A stretch of DNA of 64,000 nt from assembly GCA_035063585.1 (NCBI GenBank), contig JAPSGB010000023.1, positions 16,805-80,804 of the forward strand. The letters run 5' to 3'. This stretch comes from Polyangiaceae bacterium. Its GTDB lineage: Bacteria; Myxococcota_A; Polyangia; Polyangiales; Polyangiaceae. Position 1 is the stretch's first letter, and every line of letters begins with the position of its first letter. Below, one piece after another: positions 19,750-30,297 of this stretch. Both the position numbers and the translations under genes were made by a program. The notes beneath the pieces are model-generated. The model saw only the letters and a list, made by a program, of their open reading frames with translations. It did not search any database and had not been told where the DNA came from.

Positions 19750-20798
19750 GGTGCGCGCGGCTGCTCGGCGCCCTCCTCCTCGCGCTCGGCGCGGCCCGCT
19801 GCGCCACGCTCGCCACCGGCGCCGGCGATGATGACGCGCCGCGACCGACGGCGAGCGCCGGGCCATTTCGGGAGGCTCGGCCGGAGGAGCTCGGCTCCAC
19901 GAGCGCGCTCCCCGCGCCCTACCTCCTGCGAAAGGAGAATCGCCGCTTTCGAGAGGCGAGCGCGCTCCCGCTCGACGACCGGCCGCTCGGCGAGACCGCG
20001 CTCTACGTGGTCGCGGAGGACGCCGCCGGGAACCCGGGCGGCATCTACCGCTTCGTGGCGCCCGACGCCCGGCGCTTCTCGGCCTCGCCGGAGTCGCCCG
20101 TGCTGACGGCGGAGGCGGCGTGGGAGGGCGCCAGCATCGGGGAGCCCGAGGCTCACCGGGTGGGCGACGAGATTTTCGTGTACTACTCCGGACGAGACGG
20201 GATCGGGCTCGCGCGCTCGCGCGACGGCGTCTCCTTCACGCGCGAGCCCTCGCCCGTGCTCGGCGCGGCGGGCGGCGGCGCGTGGGAGGCCGGCGCGGCG
20301 CCCGCGAGTCCGGCGCTGCTCGAGGTCGGCCCGGACGACTACCGGCTCTTCTACGCCGCCGGCGGCCGCATCGGCGAGGCGCGCTCGCGCGACGGCGTGC
20401 GGTTCGACCGAGTCAGCGACGCGCCCGCGCTCGAGCCGGCGGGCGGCGGCGGAGGCGACGAGCCGCCCTTCGACAGCGAGTCGGTCGCGGAGCCCTCCGC
20501 GGTGCTCATGCGCTCCGCCGAGGGGCGGCTCATCACTCGGCTCTACTACGCGGGGCGCGGACCCGGCGGCAAGCGCGCCATCGGCATGGCCGCGCGCTTC
20601 GGCACGGACGGCGCGTTCACGCGCGCGCTCGCGCCGGTGTTCGCGGCGACGCGCGACGCGCGCTCCCCCTCGGTGGTGATTCGCCCGGGCGTCTCGCTCC
20701 TCTACCTGACGGAGAATAGCGGCGCGACCGGGAGCGCGCTCTACCCGGCGATCGCCCTCGGCGTGGCTCCGGGGAACGTAGCCCTCGCCGCGCCTTAG
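19746..20798 (+). CDS. Lipoprotein with glycoside-hydrolase-like (GH43/32/130-type) beta-propeller
   Basis: LGAARC lipobox-like; repeated IGLARSRDGVSF / IGEARSRDGVRF blades with EP-S/P and LYY motifs. Confidence 0.65.
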   Translation: MRCARLLGALLLALGAARCATLATGAGDDDAPRPTASAGPFREARPEELGSTSALPAPYLLRKENRRFREASALPLDDRPLGETALYVVAEDAAGNPGGIYRFVAPDARRFSASPESPVLTAEAAWEGASIGEPEAHRVGDEIFVYYSGRDGIGLARSRDGVSFTREPSPVLGAAGGGAWEAGAAPASPALLEVGPDDYRLFYAAGGRIGEARSRDGVRFDRVSDAPALEPAGGGGGDEPPFDSESVAEPSAVLMRSAEGRLITRLYYAGRGPGGKRAIGMAARFGTDGAFTRALAPVFAATRDARSPSVVIRPGVSLLYLTENSGATGSALYPAIALGVAPGNVALAAP

Positions 20799-20885
20799 AG
20801 GCAGAGGCGGCCGCGGCGCGAATGGCTCCCGCGCGAGCGGCGGCGCTAGGAGCGCGGGGCGCTTCACGGTAGACTGGCCCGCAAG

Positions 20886-21899
20886 ATGGGGTTTCTCCTC
20901 GGGTTCCTCTTCATCGCGCCCTTCGTTTTTCTCTATTTCCTGATCATCAAGGGCGTCGACCGCTACGAGCCCGAGCCGTTCTGGCTGCTGACGGTCGCCT
21001 TCTTCTGGGGCGCGATGGGCTCGACGCTGTTTGCCATCATCGGCAATGAGGTGGGGCAAGCGGCGCTCGGCGCGGCGCTCGGCGCCGGCAACCCTATGGT
21101 CGACGCGTCCACCGCGACCTTCGTGGCGCCGGTCGTCGAGGAGAGCACCAAGGGGTTCGGCCTGCTCCTGCTCTGGGCTGCCTCGGCCTTCTGGCTGAAG
21201 GAGATCGACGGGCCGCTCGACGGCGCGATCTACGGGGGGGTCATCGGCCTCGGCTTCACGCTGACCGAGGACATCCTCTACACCTCGAGCGCACTGGCGC
21301 AGGGGGGTGGGGCCGCGTTCGGTTTCACCTTCGTCTTACGCACGATCTTTGGCGGGCTTGGGCACGCCACCTTCACGGCCATGACCGGGATCGGCATCGG
21401 GGTCGCCATCGAGTCGAGGAACCCGCTGCTCAAGCTCATCGCGCCCATCGGCGGCTGGATGAGTGGGGTAGGGCTCCACTTCCTGCACAATTTCCTGGTC
21501 ACCTTCTACGGCGGCGCAGGCCTCTTCATGAAGTTCGCGGTGTTCTGGTCCTTCGACGTGGCCTTCTTCATCGTGCTCTTCGTGCTCGTCTGGCGGGACC
21601 GGACCATCGTGCTGCGCCAGCTCGCCGGCGAGGTCGGGCAGCTCCTGCACCCGGCCGAGTACAAGCTGACGACCAGCTCGAACATGTTCATCCCGTTCTG
21701 GAACTGGTCGAAGCTGCGAGTGAGCGCGCGCGGCTACGGCTTGGCTCGCAAGAAGCAGCTCGCGCTCATCGACCTCGCGTTCGTGAAGGCGCGGCGTGAG
21801 CGCGGAGAGGGGGGCTCCATCCTCGATGGTCGCGAGCAGAAGCTGCGCTACGAGGTCGCGGTCGCCAATCAGCAGGGCGTCTTCATCGGCGCGCGCTGA
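20886..21899 (+). CDS. PrsW-family intramembrane metalloprotease
   Basis: DRYEPEP, APVVEESTKG, GLGFTLTED, GH, HFLHN motifs; multiple TM helices. Confidence 0.9.
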   Translation: MGFLLGFLFIAPFVFLYFLIIKGVDRYEPEPFWLLTVAFFWGAMGSTLFAIIGNEVGQAALGAALGAGNPMVDASTATFVAPVVEESTKGFGLLLLWAASAFWLKEIDGPLDGAIYGGVIGLGFTLTEDILYTSSALAQGGGAAFGFTFVLRTIFGGLGHATFTAMTGIGIGVAIESRNPLLKLIAPIGGWMSGVGLHFLHNFLVTFYGGAGLFMKFAVFWSFDVAFFIVLFVLVWRDRTIVLRQLAGEVGQLLHPAEYKLTTSSNMFIPFWNWSKLRVSARGYGLARKKQLALIDLAFVKARRERGEGGSILDGREQKLRYEVAVANQQGVFIGAR

Positions 21900-22033
21900 G
21901 CGCCGTCGCGCGCCGGACGGCGGCGCGCGCCGAACGTCAGCACGCGCCGAACGTCAGCGCGGGCTCGGCGAGCGGTTCCGCGCCGGGCCGACCTCACCCG
22001 AAGAGCGCGCGCGGAGCCGGGCCCGCGGGCTCT

Positions 22034-23173
<1,140 letters not shown>

Positions 23174-23176
23174 CGT

Positions 23177-23302
23177 CTACTCCTTTGCACGGTCTCTCAG
23201 CCGCTTGAGCTCGCTTCGCACCGCGCGGGCGCCGAGAGCGTAGCCCAGCGCGAGCCCGATCAGGAACACTCCCGGGATGAAGAGGAGGTGCCCCTCGGTC
23301 AT
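23177..23302 (-). CDS. Small single-TM membrane protein (41 aa)
   Basis: MTEGHLLFIPGVFLIGLALGYALGARAVRSELKRLRDRAKE; start overlaps upstream stop (ATGA). Confidence 0.6.
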   Translation of the reverse strand: MTEGHLLFIPGVFLIGLALGYALGARAVRSELKRLRDRAKE

Positions 23303-23547
23303 GGCGCTTCGGGCGGAGCGGCGCGCTCGGCCCGGGCGAGCGCCTGCTCGAGGTCGGCGAGCCGCGCGGCGAGCCGGCTTTGACGGCGCCAGCCGAGGAG
23401 CACGAACCCGAAGACGAGCGCCCACATGATGAGATACGCGGTGAGGAGCAGCCCCTCGGCGCTCACCGTGTCGGTGCCGCCCTCGACCGGCCGAAAGTCC
23501 GCGGTGCGGCCCGCCGGGCTCGTGGTGAACGCGAGGTGGGTGGTCAT
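23299..23547 (-). CDS. CcmD-like heme exporter accessory protein
   Basis: AYLIMWALVFGFVLLGWRRQ + coiled coil; immediately downstream of ccmC. Confidence 0.7.
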   Translation of the reverse strand: MTTHLAFTTSPAGRTADFRPVEGGTDTVSAEGLLLTAYLIMWALVFGFVLLGWRRQSRLAARLADLEQALARAERAAPPEAP

Positions 23548-23549
23548 GG

Positions 23550-24260
23550 TCAGAGTCCCTCGGTGATGCCGGCGGCGGCCGCGCGCTCCTCGGCGCGATC
23601 CACGCGGGCGGAGAGGAGCGCGAGCCTAGCGCGCAGCGCGAGCAAGACGATGGCGAGCAAGGTGAACGCGAGAAACCCGATGCCGAGTGCGGTCCCCATC
23701 CGCGGATCGGCGAGCCCGCCGCCGCCCTTCGTGATCACGACCGGGTGGTTGCCGCCCCATTTCTGGACCGAGTAGTGGATGATGGGCAGGTTCACCGTGC
23801 CGAGCACGCCGAGCGCTGCGGCGAATTTTCGCTCCGCGTCGCCGTCGCCGGCGAAGGCGCGCAGGACCACCACCGCGACGTATACGAGCACGCTGAGCAG
23901 CGACGTCGTGAGGCGCGGATCCCAGGTCCAGTACACGCCCCAGGCCTTGCGGGCCCAGAGCGGGCCGCTCACGAGCACGAGGAGCCCGAACACGACCGCG
24001 CACTCGGCTCCCGCGCGCGCCCAGGCGTTTCGCCGATCGGTCGCGCCGACGAGATAGGCGGCGCTCGCGAGCATGCAGACCACGCCCGACAGGTACATCG
24101 CGTAGGCGGCGGGGACGTGAAAGTAGAAGATCTTCTGCGCGAGCCCGCCGGTGGCGAGCTGCGCCTCCGGGGTCACGTAGAGAATGTAGTAAATGAGGAC
24201 CCCGATGGTCGCGGCGGCGGCTCCCAGCACGGCGTGGAAGGCGAGCGAGGCGCGCTGCAT
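23550..24260 (-). CDS. ccmC: Cytochrome c biogenesis heme exporter CcmC
   Basis: IFYFHVP, WARKAWGVYWTWDPRLT (WWD domain), IIHYSVQKW. Confidence 0.92.
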   Translation of the reverse strand: MQRASLAFHAVLGAAAATIGVLIYYILYVTPEAQLATGGLAQKIFYFHVPAAYAMYLSGVVCMLASAAYLVGATDRRNAWARAGAECAVVFGLLVLVSGPLWARKAWGVYWTWDPRLTTSLLSVLVYVAVVVLRAFAGDGDAERKFAAALGVLGTVNLPIIHYSVQKWGGNHPVVITKGGGGLADPRMGTALGIGFLAFTLLAIVLLALRARLALLSARVDRAEERAAAAGITEGL

Positions 24261-24302
24261 GGCGACCGCGAACCTAGCCTCGGCCAGAGCTCAAATCCAC
24301 CC

Positions 24303-25730
24303 TCAGACGTCACAGGTCGACAGCGCGAGCAGGGCGGCGAGCCTCGCGCGGACCACCCCGAACTCCTTGATCGCGAGGTCGAGCTCGGCCTCGCGGAGCC
24401 GCTTGGCCGCGTCTACCAGGTCGAAGCTCGTCCCCGCGCCGTTCATGAAGGCGAGCTTGGAGAGCCGGGCGTTCTCGGCAGCGAGCTCGCGGGATTTCCG
24501 GCTGACGGTCAGGGTCGCCTCGGCGACCGTCACCGCGCGCTCGGCCTGGGCGACCTGCACGGTCGCCTGCCGGCGCGTCTCCCCGAGCTGTTGGCGAGCG
24601 ATCCTGAGCGAGCCCTGGCTCATCGCGCGCTGGCCGTAGCGGAGGCCGCCATCGTAGAGCTGCCAGCTCAAGACCCCCCCGATCGACCAGGCGAGGTGGC
24701 GGCCGTTCGGGTTGGCTCGCTCGTACGACTGATAGCCGAGGTCCGAGACCAGATCGACGGTGGGCAGGTATTGCCAGTCGACGCTATCCACGTTCCGTTC
24801 GGCGACCTCGACCTCCGCCTTGGCGGCCCTCACGTCCGGCCGGCTCTCCACGTTCGGATCGGCGTGGCAGACCCGGGCGGCGTCGCCCGCGAGCGAATCG
24901 AGCGTGATCGATGGGCTCACGCCGTAGGGCTCGTCCGAGCCCATCGCGAGCCCGAGCGCCTCGCGCGTCTGGCGAACGCTCTCGGTCGCGGACACGATCT
25001 GCGCGCGCGCCAGCGCCACCTCCTGCTCGGCGCGCAGCACGTCGATCGCGGTCGCGGCGCCGAGACGCGCGCGGCCCTGGGTAAGATCCAAGGTCGAGAG
25101 CGCTGCGCCGAGCGAGACGCGGCTCACCTCGGCGAGCCGCTCGGCGGTCACGGCGGTCACGATGGCGTCCGCCACCTGCGCGAGCACGAGTCGCTCGGTC
25201 TCCTTGACGTCGAGCTCGGCCGCGCGGCGCGCGCGCTTGGCGCTCCCGGTGTCGTACCAGGCCTGCGGCGCGAACAGTGGGACGCTGAGATCGAGGTTCG
25301 CCGACCAGGTCGTCAGCGGGTTGGGGATGGTCCCCTGGGTGAGCCCGCTCGCCCCGAAATAGAAGCCCTCGCCGGTGATGAGGTGGCGATTGACGCGCCC
25401 GGTCCCGGTGAGCCTGGGCAGCGCGCGCGCCAGCGCCTGGCGTTCCTGCGCGGTCGCCTGCTCGACCTTCGCCTGCGCGAGCTGGAGCGACGAGGCTCGC
25501 GCGCGGATCATCCCGAGCGCGTCGCGCCACGAGCCCAGCGTGTGCGCGGGCGCCGGCGGCGCGGCGAGCATCGGATCGTCGATCTCGGGCAGCTTCGGCT
25601 CGGCGGGCGCGTCGGTGGGCGGCGCGGCGGCGCCAGGCGCCCCAGCCGGCGCGGCCGGCGCGGCCGGCTGGGCGAGCGCGGGCGTCGCGGTGAACAGGAG
25701 CAGGGCGGAGACGACCGGGAGTCGAGTCAT
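24303..25730 (-). CDS. TolC-family outer-membrane efflux protein
   Basis: Signal peptide; two OEP repeats (LSVPLF, RPDVRAA, SWQLYDGG, GAGTSFDLVDA). Confidence 0.9.
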   Translation of the reverse strand: MTRLPVVSALLLFTATPALAQPAAPAAPAGAPGAAAPPTDAPAEPKLPEIDDPMLAAPPAPAHTLGSWRDALGMIRARASSLQLAQAKVEQATAQERQALARALPRLTGTGRVNRHLITGEGFYFGASGLTQGTIPNPLTTWSANLDLSVPLFAPQAWYDTGSAKRARRAAELDVKETERLVLAQVADAIVTAVTAERLAEVSRVSLGAALSTLDLTQGRARLGAATAIDVLRAEQEVALARAQIVSATESVRQTREALGLAMGSDEPYGVSPSITLDSLAGDAARVCHADPNVESRPDVRAAKAEVEVAERNVDSVDWQYLPTVDLVSDLGYQSYERANPNGRHLAWSIGGVLSWQLYDGGLRYGQRAMSQGSLRIARQQLGETRRQATVQVAQAERAVTVAEATLTVSRKSRELAAENARLSKLAFMNGAGTSFDLVDAAKRLREAELDLAIKEFGVVRARLAALLALSTCDV

Positions 25731-25802
25731 GACGACTCTCGATAGTTTCCCGTTCGCGCCGCGCAAAGGGGGAGCGCGCGGAAAACGCCCGAGAGTGCGG
25801 AT

Positions 25803-26453
25803 TCAGCGCCCCTCGGAGCGCCGCTGGTCGTCCCCTGTTCCCCGCTCGGTTTCCGCTTCGCGGGCCGGCGGCTCAGCCGACCAGCCGGAAAGCAAGGACT
25901 CGAGCCGCTCCTCGTCGCCGTCGAGCGCGCGCGCGAGCACCCGCCGCGCCTCGTCGGCGCGCCCGCATCGGGCCAAGGCGTGGGCGTATGAAGCCGCGAC
26001 CTCCGGTTGGTCTGGGAGCCCGCGGTACGCGCGCGCCAAGTAACCGAGGGCCGCGTCCGGCGTCTCGAACGCGACGTCGAGCAGGTGCCCGAGGTTGTGC
26101 GCCGTGGACGCGCAGTCGGGGGCGAGGTGGAGCGCTCGCCGCTGCGCGCGGAGCGCGAGCCGGAGGTGCCCGAGCGCGGTATAGGCGAGCCCGAGGATCC
26201 CCCACGCGCGGCCATCGTCTGGTGACTCGGCGATGACCCGGCGCGCGAGCCGGGCCGCCCGCCAGGGCGCGCGCGGCACCAGCGCCTCGGCGAGGTGACG
26301 GGTCGCGACGAGCGCGAGGGCGGAGCGCGCGTCGGCGACCCGGAGCACCCGCTCGAGCATCGGCACGAGATCGCGCGCGCCGAGCCCGCGCATGCGAGCC
26401 CACTCCGCGTCACGGAGCAGCGACTCGGCGTTCTCGGCGCGCTTTCGCTTCAT
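25803..26453 (-). CDS. TPR-repeat protein
   Basis: AWGILGLAYTALG, AHNLGHLL, YAHALARCG TPR-type helices. Confidence 0.75.
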   Translation of the reverse strand: MKRKRAENAESLLRDAEWARMRGLGARDLVPMLERVLRVADARSALALVATRHLAEALVPRAPWRAARLARRVIAESPDDGRAWGILGLAYTALGHLRLALRAQRRALHLAPDCASTAHNLGHLLDVAFETPDAALGYLARAYRGLPDQPEVAASYAHALARCGRADEARRVLARALDGDEERLESLLSGWSAEPPAREAETERGTGDDQRRSEGR

Positions 26454-26534
26454 GAGCCTCTCGAGCGTGTAGCATCTCTCGCCCGAGCGCGCAGGCGGGG
26501 ACGGCCGTCCGAGAGGCGCGTGAGCGCGTGCGGC

Positions 26535-28481
26535 TCAGGCTCGCCCGCGCGCCTCTTCGGCCAGCGCCTGGCGTCCGGCGATGGTCGCGCCGTTCAGCGC
26601 CTCGATGGCGCGCGCGAGCATGTCGCGTCGCACGCCGACGAAGGAATGTCGGAAGCGAACATTGACGTAGCGGGTGGCGTCCGGCTGGATACCGTGCTCC
26701 TCGAGCAGCGCCTCGAAGTCCCGGGTGTCGGCGCCGTCCTTGCGACCGATGTTGACGAACACCTCGGCGTCGTCGGCTCCGGCTCGGCGAGGCTCGGGGG
26801 TGGTGCTCGCGCCGGCCGCGTCGGCCCGAGGTTCCGGCGCCGCCTCCGCGCGCTCGCCGCGTGAGCGGCGCGAACGGCGCGGCCGCCCCGCATCGGCCGT
26901 CGGCTCCGCGCGCGGCTCGACGGACTCGGCGCGCGGCTCGACGGACTCGGCGCGCGGCTCGACGGACTCGGCGCGCGGCTCGACGGACTCGGCGCGCGGC
27001 TCGACGGACTTGGCGCGCGGCTCGACGGACTCGGCGCGCGGCTCGACGGACTTGGCGCGCGGCTCCGGTGTGGCGGTCGCCGGAGCGCGCCGCTCGGCTG
27101 CGCGCGGCGCGGCCGCGCGCGGCGCGGACTTGGCTCGGCGTGCGGCGGTCGCCTCCTCGGCAGCCTCGGGGCGTGCGCCGAGGTGGTCGCGCAGCAGGCC
27201 AGCCACGATCGACTCCGCGCGTTCGTGGGTGAGCAGGCGCCGCGCGAGCGCCAGGTCGTCGGCGTGGAGCGCGCGAGCCGCGAACATGCCGGCGAAGAGG
27301 TTCACGAGATCGGTCTCGGCGCGAGTCTGCAGATCGCGCGCGCTCGGGAGTTGCTTCTCGATCGGGGTGATCTTGTAGGTGAGCCGGAGCAGGTACAGGT
27401 TTCCGAGATCGGACGGCTCGAGCATGGTGATGGCCGTGCCCGTGCGCCCGGCGCGGCCGGTTCGCCCGGTGCGATGGACGTAATTCTCCATCGAGTCCGG
27501 GAAATCGAAGTTGATGACGTGGGTGAGGTGCGAGATGTCGATCCCGCGGGCCGCGACGTCGGTCGCGACCAGGAAGCGCACCTCGCCGCTGCGCGTGGCG
27601 GTCATCACCTTCTCGCGGTCATTTTGCGCGAGATCCGCGTTGAGCCAGTCGGCCGCGTAGCCCTGCTGCTGCAGGGCGGCGGCGACCCGCTTGGTGTCGT
27701 CGCGCGTGTTGCAAAATACGATCGCGCTCTCCGGGTTCTCGAGATCGATCACCTGAAGGAAGTCGGCGAGCTTGTCGGCGAGGCTCAGATACACGAAGTG
27801 ATCGATCTCGAGCGCGCCCACGTGATCGCCGCTCAGCGTGATGAAGTCGGGCGATTTCAGCCGCGTCTCGGCCATGCGCACGATGTCGGGCGGGAGCGTC
27901 GCCGAGAAGAGTAGGGTCTGCCGCGCGTCGGGCAGGAACGCCATGATGTCGTTGATCTGCGGCAAGAACCCCATGCTCAGCATCTCGTCGCTCTCGTCGA
28001 GGACGAAGACGCGGATCGACTCCGCGGAGAGCGTCCCGCGGCGGAGGTGGTCGAGCACTCGCCCGGGCGTTCCGACGACGACCTGGGCGCCCTCCTCGAT
28101 TTGCTGGATCTGGCGGGGCATCGGCGCGCCGCCATAGACGGCCACCACGCTGACGCCGCGATGGCGCCCGAGCGACTCCACCTCGCGGGTCACCTGGAGG
28201 GCGAGTTCTCGGGTCGGGCAGAGCACCAGGGCCTGCACCGCGGCCACCGCGCGCTTCACCAGCCCGTCGACGAGCGGCATGCCGAACGCCGCGGTCTTGC
28301 CGGTGCCCGTCCGTGCCTGGACGACCAGATCGCGACCGCGCTGGGCGGGCTCGAAGACCTCTCGCTGAACGGGGGTGGGGTGGGTATAGCCGAGCTCGTC
28401 GATGGCCTGGCGCAGCTCGGGCGAGAGCGGGAGCACATCGAAGGTCGGAGGCGGGGCGGTGTCAGCGGGTGTTTCGAGCAT
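26535..28481 (-). CDS. DEAD-box RNA helicase (DeaD/CsdA-like, C-terminal DbpA-type RNA-binding domain)
   Basis: Q motif PTPVQ, GTGKT, PTRELA, TPGR, DESDEM, SAT, ARGID, HRTGRTGRAG; C-terminal VFVNIGRKDG. Confidence 0.93.
   Translation of the reverse strand: MLETPADTAPPPTFDVLPLSPELRQAIDELGYTHPTPVQREVFEPAQRGRDLVVQARTGTGKTAAFGMPLVDGLVKRAVAAVQALVLCPTRELALQVTREVESLGRHRGVSVVAVYGGAPMPRQIQQIEEGAQVVVGTPGRVLDHLRRGTLSAESIRVFVLDESDEMLSMGFLPQINDIMAFLPDARQTLLFSATLPPDIVRMAETRLKSPDFITLSGDHVGALEIDHFVYLSLADKLADFLQVIDLENPESAIVFCNTRDDTKRVAAALQQQGYAADWLNADLAQNDREKVMTATRSGEVRFLVATDVAARGIDISHLTHVINFDFPDSMENYVHRTGRTGRAGRTGTAITMLEPSDLGNLYLLRLTYKITPIEKQLPSARDLQTRAETDLVNLFAGMFAARALHADDLALARRLLTHERAESIVAGLLRDHLGARPEAAEEATAARRAKSAPRAAAPRAAERRAPATATPEPRAKSVEPRAESVEPRAKSVEPRAESVEPRAESVEPRAESVEPRAESVEPRAEPTADAGRPRRSRRSRGERAEAAPEPRADAAGASTTPEPRRAGADDAEVFVNIGRKDGADTRDFEALLEEHGIQPDATRYVNVRFRHSFVGVRRDMLARAIEALNGATIAGRQALAEEARGRA
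26908..27066 (-). repeat. 21-bp coding tandem repeat (~7 copies, SVEPRA[E/K])
   Basis: Unit gcgcggctcgacggact(c/t)ggc repeated on the + strand, within the helicase linker. Confidence 0.95.
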
Positions 28482-28570
28482 CGAGCCGGCGCGAGCCTAG
28501 TGCGTTTGAGCACCCTCGGCCAGGCTCGAGCGCGCCACGAGCGAGCTTTTTTCGGCCAGATTTCCCGGGC

Positions 28571-29047
28571 TCACCGGGCCGCGGCCGGCGCGCGCCCGAG
28601 CTCCTCGAGCAGCCCCCGAGCGCGCTCGCGCCGCTCGGCGAGCCCGCCCGCCTCGTAGCGCACCGCGTGCTCTTCCGCGTAACGGAGCTGATCGGCGGTT
28701 CGGAGCGCCGCTCCGGCCCACGCATCCCCGCGGCAGCGAGCGTCGAGGGCCGGCCGGGCCGACCACTCTGGCTCGAGCGCGGCGCGGAAGCGCGTGAGCG
28801 CGTCGCGCTCGCCCGCGGGGCCGCGCGCGGCGGCCGCCCGCGCGCGTTCGACCGAGCCGAGGAGCGCCGCGACGCCGCCCCGACAGTCGAGGGTGGTCGG
28901 CTCGACCTCGGGCGCCCAAACCTGCACCAGCACCTCGGTGGCGCTGACCGCCGTAAACGTGGTCATGATGAGCCCGAACACCGCAATTCCGGCCCTTCGT
29001 CCGAGCTTCTCGGCGCGACCAGGACCCGCGGACGGCGCTTCCGGCAT
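28571..29047 (-). CDS. Hypothetical membrane-anchored protein
   Basis: One N-terminal TM (IAVFGLIMTTFTAVSA), helical body with two Cys; start uncertain. Confidence 0.55.
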   Translation of the reverse strand: MPEAPSAGPGRAEKLGRRAGIAVFGLIMTTFTAVSATEVLVQVWAPEVEPTTLDCRGGVAALLGSVERARAAAARGPAGERDALTRFRAALEPEWSARPALDARCRGDAWAGAALRTADQLRYAEEHAVRYEAGGLAERRERARGLLEELGRAPAAAR

Positions 29048-29189
29048 GAAATGCCGCATACTGCCCGAGCCCGCGCGTGACAAGCGACCCGGGCTCGGTC
29101 CCGCGCTGCGAGGTCCGGTCGTCCCGGTCGTCCGGCTCGCCGATAGTGCTTCCAACTTTCCCCGAAAGTTGCGAAACCGGGGGCCGGTC

Positions 29190-30221
29190 ATGGCCCTCCG
29201 AGTCGAAGACGCCGTCGCGACCCTGACCCGCTCGGCGGACGCGCAGGCGGTGGATCCGACCCTCCAGCACCGGCTCGCGGCGGTCCAAGCGCTGCTCGCG
29301 AGCGATCTGCGCTGGGTGGAGGCGGCGCTCGACCAGGCGGCGTCCGAGGGTCCGGCGCCGGCCACCGACGCCGCGCGCCACCTGGTGTCGCGCGGCGGGA
29401 AGCGGGTTCGTCCGATGGCGTTGCTCCTCAGCGCGGCGTGCTTCGGCCCCATCCCCGCCGCGGCGCGCGAGCTCGCGGTGGTCTGCGAGTTGGTCCACTC
29501 GGCGACCCTGCTCCACGACGACGTGATCGACGACGGCGACGAGCGCCGGGGCGCGCCGACCGCGCGCCGCATCTGGGGAAACGGCATCAGCGTGCTCTCG
29601 GGCGATCTGCTGCTCGTGCACTCCCTCTCCCGCACGCTCGCGCACGCGCCCGCGCTGATGCCGGACCTCATCGAGACGCTCACCCGGCTCGTCGAGGGCG
29701 AGATCCTCCAGATGCGCGGGCGAACCGAGCTGGACGTGAGCCTCGAGACCTACGAACGGGTGCTCCGCGGCAAGACCGCCTCGCTCTTCGGGTGGGCGAC
29801 GCGCGCCGGGGCGCAGGTCTCGGGCGCAGGCGCCGAGGCCGCGCGGCGCCTCTTCGAGTTCGGGGAGGCGCTTGGCATGGCGTTCCAGCTCGTCGATGAC
29901 GTCATCGACTACTCGGGAGAGCGGAGCGGCAAGCCGCTCTTCGCGGATCTCAGCGAGGGGAAGCTCACCCTGCCGTTGGTGCTGGCGGTCGAGGAGCGCC
30001 CCGAGCTGCTCGGCCCGCTCGCGCGAATCCACGCGGGCGATCTCGAGCCCGTCGCGGAGGTGGCGGCGGCCGTGCTCGAGAGCGGCGCGTGCGACGAGGT
30101 GCGTCGTCGCGCCGGAGAGCACACGGCTCGCGCGATCGCTGCGCTCGAGGCGGTGCCCGGAGGCTCCGCGCGCGAGCTGCTCGCGGGGGTCGCGCGCGGG
30201 CTAGCGGAGCGAGCCTCGTAG
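29190..30221 (+). CDS. Polyprenyl diphosphate synthase (IspB-like)
   Basis: GGKRVRP, LLHDDVIDDGDERRG (FARM), KTASLF, FQLVDDVID (SARM), DLSEGKLTLP. Confidence 0.95.
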   Translation: MALRVEDAVATLTRSADAQAVDPTLQHRLAAVQALLASDLRWVEAALDQAASEGPAPATDAARHLVSRGGKRVRPMALLLSAACFGPIPAAARELAVVCELVHSATLLHDDVIDDGDERRGAPTARRIWGNGISVLSGDLLLVHSLSRTLAHAPALMPDLIETLTRLVEGEILQMRGRTELDVSLETYERVLRGKTASLFGWATRAGAQVSGAGAEAARRLFEFGEALGMAFQLVDDVIDYSGERSGKPLFADLSEGKLTLPLVLAVEERPELLGPLARIHAGDLEPVAEVAAAVLESGACDEVRRRAGEHTARAIAALEAVPGGSARELLAGVARGLAERAS

Positions 30222-30297
30222 CGCGGCGAGCGCCGCGCTCGAGGTCGGCCGCGCCGCGCGTCCACCGCGCCGCCCCGGCAATCCCTCCTCGCGGCGC

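Noticed and set aside
26908..27066. Regular repeats as a possible CRISPR array
   Set aside because: Head-to-tail 21-bp units with no unique spacers, in frame within a helicase; no cas genes in the window.
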